A stretch of 64,000 bases of DNA from Candidatus Eiseniibacteriota bacterium (GCA_963744995.1 CAVUWA010000002.1:896001-960000); one strand, 5' to 3'. Positions 53,806-63,336 are shown, counted from the first letter of the stretch. A program made the numbers and translations. The notes: generated by a model not told the origin, from the letters alone.

Positions 53806-55067
53806 CGCGCCCGCCGCAGCCGCCCACGCGCTCCGCCCGACGTCTCTCGCGTGCGCTTTTCGCGGTTCTCGCGGTGTGCGCGCTGGCGCCGACGATCTCG
53901 TGCCAGAGGAGTTCCGAGAAACGTCCGGTCGTGTTCTGGCAGTTCTGGGGGCCCGAGATCATGGATCCGCTGATCGCCCGGTTCGAGGCGGAGAATCCGG
54001 ACATCGACGTGCAGCTGCAGCAGCTCGCCTGGGACAGCGGCCGCGAAACGATCGTCGCCGCGATGGCGTCGGACAGCGTGCCCGACCTGTGCGAGCTGGG
54101 CTCGACCTGGATGCCGAAGATCCTCGCGGAACAGACGCTGGTGGACTGGAGCGCGGGGCTCGCGGATCTCAAGCCGACGTTGCGCGGCTGGACGCTGTGC
54201 TCGATCGGCGACGCGATGTACGGCGTGCCGTGGGTGCTGGGGACCCGCGCGCTGTTCTACAACAAGACGCTGTTCGCGAAGGCGGGCCTCGACTCGTCGC
54301 ATGCGCCCGAGACCTGGGACGAGCTCTACGCCGCCGCCGCCGCGATCGACCGGCTCGGCAGGGACATCCACGGCTACGGCGTGCAGGCGGGCGAGAGCCA
54401 GGTCCTGTTCAAGAAATTCATGCCGTTCGCGTGGGGCAACGGCGGTCGCGTGCTGAGCGACGACCTCACGCAGTCGGAGTTCGACTCCGATGCGAACCGC
54501 GAGGCGCTCGAGTTCTACATGAGGCTCAAGGACGTCGGGGTCGTCGAACGACAGCGCGAGCTCGACCGCATGTTCAGGGAGGGCCGGATCGGCCTGCAGA
54601 TCTCGGGCGCGTGGCTGTTCCGCTCGATCTCGAAGAATGCGCCGAACCTGCGCTACGGCGTGGCGCTGGTGCCGCGTCCTTCGCGCGAGCACGGAACGAA
54701 CGCGTCGTTTGCGGGCGGCGAGCTGCTGGTGAGCTTCCAGGCGTCGAAGCACAAGGAGGACGCGCTGAAGCTGGCGCGCTTCCTGGTGCAGCCGGAGAAC
54801 GAACTGGCGCTGGCGGCGGCGGCGCAGAGCGTGCAGCCGGCGGTGATCGGTGCCGATACGATGGCGTACTATCGCGAGCGTCCGAACGAACAGATGATGC
54901 TGCGCCAGTTCGAGACCGCGTACACGACGCCCAACCACCCCGCCTGGGACGAGATGGAGGCCGCGATCGAGGACGAGGTCCAGCAGGCGCTGAACGGGAA
55001 GAAGACGGCGGCCGAGGCGGTGGCCGATGCCGGTGCGCGGATCCAGGAACTGGTGGGGCAGCGGTAG
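53802..55067 (+). CDS. ABC transporter sugar-binding lipoprotein
   Basis: Signal with TISC, FEAENPDI.V, YGVPW..RALFYNK.LF motifs. Confidence 0.88.
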   Translation: MTRPPQPPTRSARRLSRALFAVLAVCALAPTISCQRSSEKRPVVFWQFWGPEIMDPLIARFEAENPDIDVQLQQLAWDSGRETIVAAMASDSVPDLCELGSTWMPKILAEQTLVDWSAGLADLKPTLRGWTLCSIGDAMYGVPWVLGTRALFYNKTLFAKAGLDSSHAPETWDELYAAAAAIDRLGRDIHGYGVQAGESQVLFKKFMPFAWGNGGRVLSDDLTQSEFDSDANREALEFYMRLKDVGVVERQRELDRMFREGRIGLQISGAWLFRSISKNAPNLRYGVALVPRPSREHGTNASFAGGELLVSFQASKHKEDALKLARFLVQPENELALAAAAQSVQPAVIGADTMAYYRERPNEQMMLRQFETAYTTPNHPAWDEMEAAIEDEVQQALNGKKTAAEAVADAGARIQELVGQR

Positions 55068-55070
55068 CCG

Positions 55071-56300
55071 ATGAACGAATCCGACGCGGGCGCGCGCGAC
55101 GCGCTGGAAGCCGTGCGGCGCTATCGCGAGCGCGGTGCGCACACGTTGATCGGGCTCATGACCGGCACCTCGGCCGACGCGGTGGACGCGGCGCTGGTAC
55201 GGATCGACGCGGGCGCGGCGGGAGAAACCTGCCGCGTCGAGAAGTACCTCGAGACGGCCCTCGACCAGGGTCTGCGCCGCGAGATCCTGCGCGTCGCGCA
55301 GGCGTCCGAGGTCCAGCCGGAGTCGCTGATGCGGCTCGACGCCGAGCTGGGCGAACGCTACGCGGAAGCAGTGGACGCCCTGCTCGGTGCCGCCGGTCTC
55401 ACGCGGGATGCCGTCGACGCGATCGGCTGCCACGGGCAGACGATCCGCCACGTGCCGCGCCACACCGGCGGCGGCCGCGCACTGAGCCTGCAGATCGGCT
55501 CGGCCGACGTGCTCGCGGAGCGCACCGGGCTGACCGTGGTCTCCGGGTTCCGCGGACGTGACACCGCGGCCGGCGGCGAGGGCGCGCCGCTGGTGCCGCT
55601 CCTCGACTGGGCGCTGTTTCGCGACGCCGTGAAATCGCGCGTACTCCTGAACCTCGGCGGCATGGCGAACCTCACGCATCTGCCGAAGGGCTGCGCGACG
55701 GATGACGTGATCGCCTTCGACACCGGGCCCGGCAACGCGGTAATCGATGCACTGGTGCGCGCGGCGAGCGGCGGCGAGGCGCTGTTCGACGAGGGCGGCG
55801 CCCGCGCGCGGCGCGGGCGCGCGAGCAAGGCGCTGCTCGAGGAGCTCCTGACCGATCCGTTCTTCGTGATGCCGCCGCCGCGCTCGACCGGGCGCGAGAC
55901 GTTCGGCGACGCTTATGCGGCAAAGGTGCGCGAGATCGGCCACGGCCTCGGGCTCTCGGACGACGATCTGATCGCGACCGCGGTGCAGCTCACGGCCGCG
56001 TCGGTCGGCCTCGCGATCGAGCAGTTCGTCCAGCCGCGCGGCGGCGTGGAGGCCGTTTACGTGAGCGGCGGCGGGCTCGAGAACCCGTCGCTGATCGCCG
56101 CGCTCAAGCGCCGGCTCGACCCGGTGCCGGTCAGGCCGCTCGAGGATCTCGGGGTGCCCGCCGCCGCCAAGGAAGCCGTGGCGTTCGCTTTTCTCGCGCA
56201 CCGCACGCTGATGGGGGAGAGCGGCAACGTCCCGGGCGCGACGGGCGCCGCGCGCGCCGTGACGCTCGGTCACATCACGCCCGGCGGGGCACGGCGGTGA
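55071..56300 (+). CDS. anmK: Anhydro-N-acetylmuramic acid kinase
   Basis: GLMTGTSADAVD, HGQT, GGEGAPLVP, NLGGMAN, FDTGPGN and STGRE motifs. Confidence 0.96.
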   Translation: MNESDAGARDALEAVRRYRERGAHTLIGLMTGTSADAVDAALVRIDAGAAGETCRVEKYLETALDQGLRREILRVAQASEVQPESLMRLDAELGERYAEAVDALLGAAGLTRDAVDAIGCHGQTIRHVPRHTGGGRALSLQIGSADVLAERTGLTVVSGFRGRDTAAGGEGAPLVPLLDWALFRDAVKSRVLLNLGGMANLTHLPKGCATDDVIAFDTGPGNAVIDALVRAASGGEALFDEGGARARRGRASKALLEELLTDPFFVMPPPRSTGRETFGDAYAAKVREIGHGLGLSDDDLIATAVQLTAASVGLAIEQFVQPRGGVEAVYVSGGGLENPSLIAALKRRLDPVPVRPLEDLGVPAAAKEAVAFAFLAHRTLMGESGNVPGATGAARAVTLGHITPGGARR

Positions 56301-57676
56301 GGCGGGCGTGGCTCGTCGCCCGCACGTTCGCGCTCGTCGCGCTCACCGGCGCCTGCGCGCCGGTGACGCCGCCGCCCGCGACGACGCCCGTCCCCCGCCA
56401 GACGCCACCCGCGCCGGTCGAGGCCCCGAAGCCGGCGGCCGCGCCCGCACCCGCGGAGCAGGCGGCTCGCCCGTACGGTTTCGAGACCGAGCCGAACGTC
56501 GAGGTAGGTCTGCGCTGGGACGTCGAGGCGATCGCGATCGAGGCGCTCGAGACGGTCGCGGTCACGCGGGTGAGCGGCGGGGTGCCGAATCGCCTCGGTG
56601 AGACCGGCGGCCCGATCCAGCTGCGGCTCGGGCGCCCGGGCTGGGGCGCCGAGTGGCCCGGGCACGCGGCCTCACACCTCACCTCCGGCGACACGCTGCT
56701 GATCGGCGCGACCTCGGGGATCGACGACGGCGCCGCGCGCCTGCGCTGGAGCGGGCGCACGTGGCGCGGCACGTTCAAGGTGTTCGTCAATCCGCGCGGC
56801 AAATTGTCGCTCGCGACCCGGCTGCCGCTCGAGGCGTATCTCCTGGGCGTGGTGCCGGGCGAGATCGGCGCGCTCGACTCGACGCTCATCGAAGCCGGCA
56901 GGGCGCAGGCGATCGCGGCGCGCAGCTACACGCTGTTCTACGACGGCCGCCGCCGCGAGAAGGAAGGCTTCGACCTCTACGCGACCGTCGAGGACCAGGT
57001 CTACGGCCCGGTCGAGAGCGAGGCGCCGCTCGCCACCCGCTGCGTGACCGGCACGCGCGCCGAGGTCGCGCTCTACGACGAGGCGCCGATCCGAGCCAAC
57101 TACAGCTCGACCTGCGGTGGGATCTCCGCCGAGGTGTGGGAGTCGTTTCCCGCGGCGCCGTTGCCCTACCTGAGGAGCATTCGCGACCGCGACGACGGTG
57201 GCCCCGACTGGTGCGCGGCGTCGCGGCACTACCGGTGGGTGGAGCGGTTCCCGATTGCGGAATTCGAGCGCAACCTCCGGCGCTTCTGTCCCGAGCGCGG
57301 CGTGCCGCTCCCGAAGGGCGGAGTCGGCGCCGTGCTCGACGTGCGCGTCACCGGCCGCTCGCGCTCGGGTCGCGTGTGGCGGCTCGAGGTGATCACCAGC
57401 ACCGGGAAGATCGAAATCCCCGGTCAGGCCCTGCGCTGGGTGGTGCGGCGTGCCGGCATGCCGGGCTCGATCCTGCGCTCGACCCTCGCGAAGTTCGGCG
57501 TACGGCGTGATCCACGCACGCGCGCGCCGATCGAGATCGTGGTGAGCGGCGGCGGCAACGGCCACGGCGTCGGCCTGTGCCAGACCGGCGCGCTCGGTAT
57601 GGCGCGCGCGGGGAAGACGGCCGCCGAAATCATCGAGCACTATTTCAGCGGGGTCGAGGTGCGGGCGGTGTATTGA
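56297..57676 (+). CDS. SpoIID/LytB domain lipoprotein (lytic transglycosylase-like)
   Basis: Lipobox LTGAC, YL.GVVPGE, AQAIAARSY, DQVY and GHGVGLCQ.GA motifs. Confidence 0.92.
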   Translation: MRRAWLVARTFALVALTGACAPVTPPPATTPVPRQTPPAPVEAPKPAAAPAPAEQAARPYGFETEPNVEVGLRWDVEAIAIEALETVAVTRVSGGVPNRLGETGGPIQLRLGRPGWGAEWPGHAASHLTSGDTLLIGATSGIDDGAARLRWSGRTWRGTFKVFVNPRGKLSLATRLPLEAYLLGVVPGEIGALDSTLIEAGRAQAIAARSYTLFYDGRRREKEGFDLYATVEDQVYGPVESEAPLATRCVTGTRAEVALYDEAPIRANYSSTCGGISAEVWESFPAAPLPYLRSIRDRDDGGPDWCAASRHYRWVERFPIAEFERNLRRFCPERGVPLPKGGVGAVLDVRVTGRSRSGRVWRLEVITSTGKIEIPGQALRWVVRRAGMPGSILRSTLAKFGVRRDPRTRAPIEIVVSGGGNGHGVGLCQTGALGMARAGKTAAEIIEHYFSGVEVRAVY

Positions 57677-57796
57677 CGGCCGCGTGTCGTGGTGCTGCGG
57701 TGCGGCCCGGAACCCGCATCGCACGAGCCGGCGCCACGCGCACGGCCTGGTCATGCGGCGCACGCCAGTCGCGGGCGATCCCGTGAGCCATCTCAA

Positions 57797-57825
57797 TTGA
57801 CACACCCGAGGGCCGCCGATATGCT
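57797..57825 (+). promoter_or_regulatory. Sigma70 promoter of tRNA-Asp
   Basis: TTGACA-N17-TATGCT followed by a GC-rich discriminator. Confidence 0.75.
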
Positions 57826-57877
57826 GCCCCGGCTTTTTTGGGGGCGGAGCCTCTTCCCACCCGTTCCGCCCGCCCGC

Positions 57878-57954
57878 GGGGTTGTAGTTCAGCTGGTTAG
57901 AACGCCTGCCTGTCACGCAGGAGGTCGCGGGTTCGAGTCCCGTCAACCCCGCCA
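57878..57954 (+). tRNA. tRNA-Asp(GTC)
   Basis: Cloverleaf with GGGGTTG/CAACCCC acceptor stem, anticodon loop CTGTCAC, TTCGAGT T-loop and encoded CCA. Confidence 0.98.
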
Positions 57955-57987
57955 TTCATTGAAGACGTCGAGCCAGGCAACTGTGAG

Positions 57988-58016
57988 CGCCCGCGCGGGT
58001 TACACCCGCACGGGCG
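57988..58016. terminator. Hairpin downstream of tRNA
   Basis: cgcccgcgcgggt tac acccgcacgggcg followed by ttcatt. Confidence 0.5.
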
Positions 58017-58106
58017 TTCATTGCCTGAAGGGAGTGTGGGGGAGGCCGAGCGCCGAAGGACGCCCCGGAGCGCGCGACCTGGGGCAGAAACGGGGACCAC
58101 ACCCGG

Positions 58107-59969
58107 TCAGGGCAGGCGCACGAGACGGCCCGACAGCACCTCGTCCACCGTCGTGAAGCGCACGTTGTAGACGCCCGCCGGCACGCGCCGCCCGAACGAC
58201 CTGCCATCCCATGTCGCCTGCTCGTCCGCGCGCAGCGCCCGCGACCAGAGTCGCCGCCCCTGCAGATCGAACACTTCGAGCAGGCCGGCACGGGACGGCG
58301 CCGTGAACACGAGCGACCCCCGGAATGGATTGGGCGCGAAGGTGAGCGTCGCATCGCCGCCCGCGGGTTCGACCGAAGCGGTCGGACACCCGACCGGAAG
58401 CGCGCCGATCAGACCGTAGAGGCCGGCGGGAGCGCAGGGCGAGCCTTCCTGAAGCGCGTAGTCCCGCAGGGGCGCGTCGCAGAACAACGGATCCGCGATC
58501 AGATTGCTGTCGGTCGGCGCGAACACCCCCGCGTAGTCGCCCATCGCGTTGTTCCACGCGTCGTTGAACGCGACGCTCGCCGCCTCGGGCGCGTCCAGGC
58601 CGATGGCGCCGTTCGAGGCCACGAGGTTCCGCTGCACGATCTGCGCCTGCCCGGCGCCGCCAGGTCCGTGCGTCAGCCGGATGCCGTCGCCGTCGTTGTC
58701 GACGCACGTGTTCGAGAGGATCGAGTCCGGCCGACCATTGTTGATAGGGCCCGACGCGAGCCTGATGCCATGGTCGCCGTTCCCCCAGGCAAGGTTGTCC
58801 GCAAGCGTGACGCCGGCAGTGCTCACGTCGAACCCGTCGCCGCCGTTCTGCGAACTCGTGCAATGACGGATGGTCGAATGAAACGCCTGCTCGGATCCCG
58901 GAATCGGATGCATGAGAACGCCGTCGCCGGCGAATCTCGAAATGTGAGAGTCCTCCAGGAGCAGCGAAGTCATGAGCGGCTGGTTGGGCGAGATATCGAC
59001 CACTACGCCGTGGCTCTTACCGCCCTCGATAACCAGATTCCGCAGCCCCGACCACGCAGGATCGAAGTACGGCGTGATCGTGATCGCCTCGCCAAGCGTC
59101 GAGCATATCGTGTCTGCCTGCATGCCCACTTCCGATGGCGTGCAGGTTCGCCAGACGAGCGCCTGCCCGCAGCGATCGAACCGCGAGCTGCCTACCGCCA
59201 CGTAGTGCCTCCCCGGCTGGTGGGCGGTTGGCCATGGCGTGTCGTCGAAGTAGATCGCCGCGGAGGACAGGTCCTGAAAGGAGCAGTGGCCGAAGCTCGT
59301 TGGCGACACCGTGCCGTAGCCGGGGGCCAGCACGACGACCCCGTAGCCCGCGTTCTTGAATTCGCAGTCTCCGAACCAGATGCCGTCCTCACCCGGACCT
59401 CCGGTCACCAGCGTGTCCACCGGGCCTTCGAACGTGCATTCAGAAAACCCGTTTGGTCCGGTTGCATTCGGCTGGACGAACAGCGGCGCCGCGTGAAACC
59501 TCAGGTCACGAAATACGGACAGGCTGCTTTGATCGTTGATCGCCGTTCGATCGTGGAAGTCACAGTCGACAAAGCTCACGGTCGCCGACACCTGTACCTG
59601 TCCGTCGAAGACGCAGCCTCGAAAGCCGTAACTGCCCGCTCCGGGCAGGCTCAGATCCGCGCTCAGAGTGAGTCCGCAGATCGTCCAGTGGGATGCGCTG
59701 CTGGTCGCCCGAATGGTTTCCATACGCGTGGCCGCCGCACCCTCGAGGCCCAGAAGGACGGGGGAGTAGGCGCCGACCTGGAGCGACTCCGGGTAGACGC
59801 CGGGCGCGATCAGCACCGAGTCGACGCAACACGCATCCAGCGCCGCCTGGATCGTGGTGAAGTCCGCGTCCGGGCCGACCCGCCAGTGCGATGCATGGCT
59901 TGCGTCACACCAGCAGCACACGAGCGCGATGGCGATGGCAATACGGATCGAAGGATGCATGGTCCTCAT
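58107..59969 (-). CDS. Secreted right-handed beta-helix (pectin-lyase-like) protein with T9SS-type CTD
   Basis: FTTIQAALD..IAPGVY.E, N.G.GI repeats, N...DPLFC..L..GSPC; CTD PNPF..FDLQGRR..WDG..AGVY. Confidence 0.85.
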   Translation of the reverse strand: MRTMHPSIRIAIAIALVCCWCDASHASHWRVGPDADFTTIQAALDACCVDSVLIAPGVYPESLQVGAYSPVLLGLEGAAATRMETIRATSSASHWTICGLTLSADLSLPGAGSYGFRGCVFDGQVQVSATVSFVDCDFHDRTAINDQSSLSVFRDLRFHAAPLFVQPNATGPNGFSECTFEGPVDTLVTGGPGEDGIWFGDCEFKNAGYGVVVLAPGYGTVSPTSFGHCSFQDLSSAAIYFDDTPWPTAHQPGRHYVAVGSSRFDRCGQALVWRTCTPSEVGMQADTICSTLGEAITITPYFDPAWSGLRNLVIEGGKSHGVVVDISPNQPLMTSLLLEDSHISRFAGDGVLMHPIPGSEQAFHSTIRHCTSSQNGGDGFDVSTAGVTLADNLAWGNGDHGIRLASGPINNGRPDSILSNTCVDNDGDGIRLTHGPGGAGQAQIVQRNLVASNGAIGLDAPEAASVAFNDAWNNAMGDYAGVFAPTDSNLIADPLFCDAPLRDYALQEGSPCAPAGLYGLIGALPVGCPTASVEPAGGDATLTFAPNPFRGSLVFTAPSRAGLLEVFDLQGRRLWSRALRADEQATWDGRSFGRRVPAGVYNVRFTTVDEVLSGRLVRLP

Positions 59970-60505
59970 GGGGCGGAGGCTCGGCTGTCGGGAGTGCCCT
60001 GCGTTCGAACGCAGCCCACCTCGCGCTCGACGCGTCCCTGCATCTCCGCCTCACCGAAGCATGGGGTGTGCCCGTTGCGATCCGGATGAGGTTCCGCCTG
60101 GCCCGCAGCAGGTTGAGGCGACCGGCCTCCCGGCGTTCGCGCCATGCGAGTGAACACTTCCTCCCGAACCGTCAGCCCGGCCGACACCTCGGGCGTGAAC
60201 CGCCCCGGCTCATCTCACGCGCCTGCTGTCCGAGTGCCGGCCCTTCGACCTGCGTCCCCGACAGCGCCGGCACGCCTGCTCGAGCTCAGTCGGCGAAGAG
60301 AGGCCGAAAGGGGCAGCTCAGGGCCCGCCGCTATCGTGGAGCAGCGTGGGGCGGCCGCCGGAGTTCGAGCCGTGGTCCATCGGGCCGTTTCGGCCGGTCC
60401 ACGCTGCCCCGTCCGGAAGGCCAGTGTGTTGGCCACACCCCCGCCTCCCGCCCCTCCGGCTCATCTCCCGCTCCGCCAACCGCTTCCGCGTTTCCCGTTT
60501 TCCAG

Positions 60506-60533
60506 TTGACGCCCCAAACCCGGCCCGTATACT
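60506..60533 (+). promoter_or_regulatory. Sigma70 promoter
   Basis: TTGACG-N16-TATACT upstream of the acidic protein gene. Confidence 0.65.
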
Positions 60534-60659
60534 GCCCCTGCTTTTTCGGGGAAATCCCCGCAACTCGACGACGAATCCGGCATCGAAGCGCCGGTGCAGC
60601 AATGGCCGTTGCAGCAAGACCGGGCAACCGGAACCTGACGCTCTTCTCTTGAGGTGGAC

Positions 60660-60890
60660 ATGATGCGCAAGCGTGGGATCGGCGACGACGACTTCGGAGT
60701 GATCCCGGACGACGAAGCCGAGGATTTCGAAGACGAGGAAGAAGAAGAGTTCGACGAAGACGACGATGACCTCGACGATTTCGACGAGGACGATGACGAC
60801 ATCGACGACGACTTCGACGGGGACGAAGACGACGACCTCGACGGAGACGACGCCGACTTCGAGGACTTCGACGACGACGACGAACGCTGA
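60660..60890 (+). CDS. Hyperacidic small protein (76 aa)
   Basis: SD GAGGT, own promoter and terminator, strong GAC/GAA/TTC codon pattern; about two-thirds Asp/Glu. Confidence 0.75.
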   Translation: MMRKRGIGDDDFGVIPDDEAEDFEDEEEEEFDEDDDDLDDFDEDDDDIDDDFDGDEDDDLDGDDADFEDFDDDDER

Positions 60891-60944
60891 CGCGTTCGTG
60901 ACGTATGCGTGCGGCCCGCTCGCGGGCGTGACATCGTTACTGGT

Positions 60945-60984
60945 GAAGGCCCTGCACGGCTCAGCCGGCAGGGCCTTCGTTCTT
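60945..60984 (+). terminator. Intrinsic terminator-like hairpin
   Basis: gaaggccctgc...gcagggccttc followed by gttctt. Confidence 0.6.
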
Positions 60985-61003
60985 GCAGGGGAGGTGGTCG
61001 TTG

Positions 61004-61909
61004 GTGAAGACGCCCGAGTGGCCGATGGGCCTGCCGCCCAACTTCGGCGGTCTGGAAGAGCCGTTCTCGATGCTGGAGACGGCCGCGGCCGTGATCCTGC
61101 CGGTGCCGTACGACTTCACCGTCTCCTACCAGCCCGGCACGCGCCGGGGTCCGCGCGCGATCCTCGAGGCCTCGCTCAACATGGAGGTGTGGGACGACGA
61201 AGTCGGCGCGACCTATCGCAAGGGCATCCACACCCTGCCCGAGGTCGAGCCCACCGCGCTCGGCCCCGAGGTGATGTGCGATCGGGTCGAACAGGCGGTC
61301 GGCTGGATCCTCGATCAGGGCAAGCTGCCGGTGATGCTCGGGGGTGAGCACAGTCTCTCGGGCGGCGCCGTGAAGGCCGCGGCCGCGCGCTTCGACGGCC
61401 TTTCGGTGCTGCAGATCGATGCCCACGCCGACATGCGCGACACCTATCTCGACTCGCCGTTCAGCCACGCGGCCGTCATGCGCCGCATTCGTGAACGGGT
61501 GCCGGCCGCCTCGGTTGGCATCCGTTCGCTGAGCGAAGAAGAGGCGGCCCACCTGCGCGCGCACCCGGTGCCGATGTGGAGCACACGTCAATTCCGTGCG
61601 CTGAAGGGGAACTGGGCACCGATCCTCGACGCGCTCACCGACACCGTGTACGTGACGTTCGACGTGGACGGCCTCGATCCGTCGATCATGCCGGCGACCG
61701 GTACGCCCGAGCCGGGAGGGCTCGACTGGTTCGAGGCGGTGGATCTGCTGAAGGCGGTCTCGGAAAAGTCGAGGATCGTCGGCTGCGACGTCGTCGAGCT
61801 CGCCCCGATGGCGGGGCAGGTCGCGTCGGACTTCCTCGCCGCACGGCTCACCTACCGGCTGATCGGCCTCGCGCTCGCGGGCGCGAAGGCGATCGCGGGC
61901 CCGGCATGA
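61004..61909 (+). CDS. speB: Agmatinase
   Basis: GGEHS, DAHAD, SHA and DVDGLDPS.MPATGTPEPGG ureohydrolase motifs. Confidence 0.92.
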   Translation: MKTPEWPMGLPPNFGGLEEPFSMLETAAAVILPVPYDFTVSYQPGTRRGPRAILEASLNMEVWDDEVGATYRKGIHTLPEVEPTALGPEVMCDRVEQAVGWILDQGKLPVMLGGEHSLSGGAVKAAAARFDGLSVLQIDAHADMRDTYLDSPFSHAAVMRRIRERVPAASVGIRSLSEEEAAHLRAHPVPMWSTRQFRALKGNWAPILDALTDTVYVTFDVDGLDPSIMPATGTPEPGGLDWFEAVDLLKAVSEKSRIVGCDVVELAPMAGQVASDFLAARLTYRLIGLALAGAKAIAGPA

Positions 61910-63336
61910 CCCGGCGTTCGGGCGGGGCGCGCGGCGGCCGTGCGGTGGCGCGGGAGGCTGGTGGAACGACGGGGCGGCGAAGGGACGGTGCGGCGGATGC
62001 GCGCGGGCGCGGGACGGGACGGCCTGGCGCGACAGCTGACAACCGTGCGACCCGGCGCGCCGCGGCGCGCGTGAAGGACGGCACGCGCCGCAGGGCGGAA
62101 GTGCCGGCGCCGCGTCCGGCGGCGGGCCCGGCGGTGATCCCTTCCGATGGGCTCGAGACGCCGGCGGGTCGGATCCTGCTCGAGCGGCACCAGGATCGCC
62201 GCCTGCGCGGCGGTCATCCGTGGATCTTCAGCAACGAGGTCGGCACGGTCGAAGGGGAGCCCCAGGACGGCGCCCTCGTCGAGGTTGCGGATCATCGCGG
62301 CGCGTTCCTCGGCGTCGCCTACTACAACCGCCACAGCCTGATCCGCGCGCGCATCCTCACGCGCGGCCGCGACGTGATCGACACCGGGTTCTTCGCGCAC
62401 CGCATCGAGCGCGCGCTGCGGCTGCGCGAAGCCGTGTATCCGGGCGAGGCGGCGCTGCGCCTCGTCTACGGCGAGGCCGACCAGCTGCCCGGGCTCGTCA
62501 TCGACCGTTACGGCGACCAGGTGACGGTGCAGATCAGCACGCTCGGCATGGAGGTGCGCGCCGCGGCGATCCGCGCGGCGATCGAGACGACGCTCGCGCC
62601 GGCCGGCGTGGTGCGCGCCGCCGACTCGCCGCTGCGCACGCTCGAAGGTCTGGACCGGGTGCGTGAAGTGTGGTGGGGCGACGTGCCGGAGCGGATCGAG
62701 GTGGGCATGGAAGGCTTCCGGATCGAGGCGAACCTGCTCCACGGCCAGAAGACCGGTCTGTTCCTCGATCAGCGCGAAAACCGGCGCCGCGCCGAGGCGC
62801 GCGCGGCCGGGCGGCGCGCTCTCGACCTCTACTGCTACCAGGGGGAGTGGGCGCTGCACATGATGCGCGGGGGCGCGACCGAGGTGCTGGCGGTGGATTC
62901 GTCGTCGCCGGCGCTCGACGCGGCGCGTCGCAACGCGGCACGCAACGGGCAGGAGTCGGCGATCGCCTTCCGCGAGGGCGACGCGTTCGACGTCGCGCGT
63001 GAGCTGGAGCGCGGCGGCGAGCGCTTCGGGCTCATCGTGCTCGACCCGCCGGCGCTGGTGAAGTCGCGCAAGCATCTCGCCACCGGGGCGCGTGCCTACC
63101 GGGACCTCAATCGCGTGGCCATGTCGATGCTGGCCGAGGACGGCGTGCTGGTCACCTGTTCCTGCAGCCATCACCTGGACGACGCGATGTTCCGGCAGGT
63201 GCTGCTCGAGTCCGCGCGCGCCGCGCGGCGGCCGATGCGCGTGCTCGACTGGTCGGCCGAAGCGGCCGATCATCCGCAGCTCCTCGCGGTGCCGGAGACG
63301 CACTACCTGAAGTGCGCCGTGCTGCAGGCCGTGTAG
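61906..63336 (+). CDS. rlmI: RlmI-like SAM-dependent rRNA methyltransferase (PUA domain)
   Basis: GHPWIFSNE, D.LPGLVIDRY, GQKTG.FLDQR, LDPPA, CSCS and YLK motifs; long basic N-terminal extension. Confidence 0.85.
   Translation: MTRRSGGARGGRAVAREAGGTTGRRRDGAADARGRGTGRPGATADNRATRRAAARVKDGTRRRAEVPAPRPAAGPAVIPSDGLETPAGRILLERHQDRRLRGGHPWIFSNEVGTVEGEPQDGALVEVADHRGAFLGVAYYNRHSLIRARILTRGRDVIDTGFFAHRIERALRLREAVYPGEAALRLVYGEADQLPGLVIDRYGDQVTVQISTLGMEVRAAAIRAAIETTLAPAGVVRAADSPLRTLEGLDRVREVWWGDVPERIEVGMEGFRIEANLLHGQKTGLFLDQRENRRRAEARAAGRRALDLYCYQGEWALHMMRGGATEVLAVDSSSPALDAARRNAARNGQESAIAFREGDAFDVARELERGGERFGLIVLDPPALVKSRKHLATGARAYRDLNRVAMSMLAEDGVLVTCSCSHHLDDAMFRQVLLESARAARRPMRVLDWSAEAADHPQLLAVPETHYLKCAVLQAV

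Noticed and set aside
56672..57955. Minus-strand ORF starting MAGLTGLEPATS
   Set aside because: Typical antisense translation of a tRNA gene, running into the reverse of spoIID.
57878..60500. Integrative element inserted at tRNA-Asp
   Set aside because: No integrase and no duplicated tRNA 3' end seen; only a less GC-rich secreted-protein gene follows.
60590..60650. SAM-I riboswitch suggested by GGCAACC
   Set aside because: Lacks the AUC..GAG start, the kink-turn GAGGGA..GGCCC element and the GGUGC..AUUCC core.
60720..60890. GAC microsatellite or CRISPR-like repeat
   Set aside because: Explained by poly-Asp/Glu coding; I saw no repeat-spacer array or cas genes in the window.
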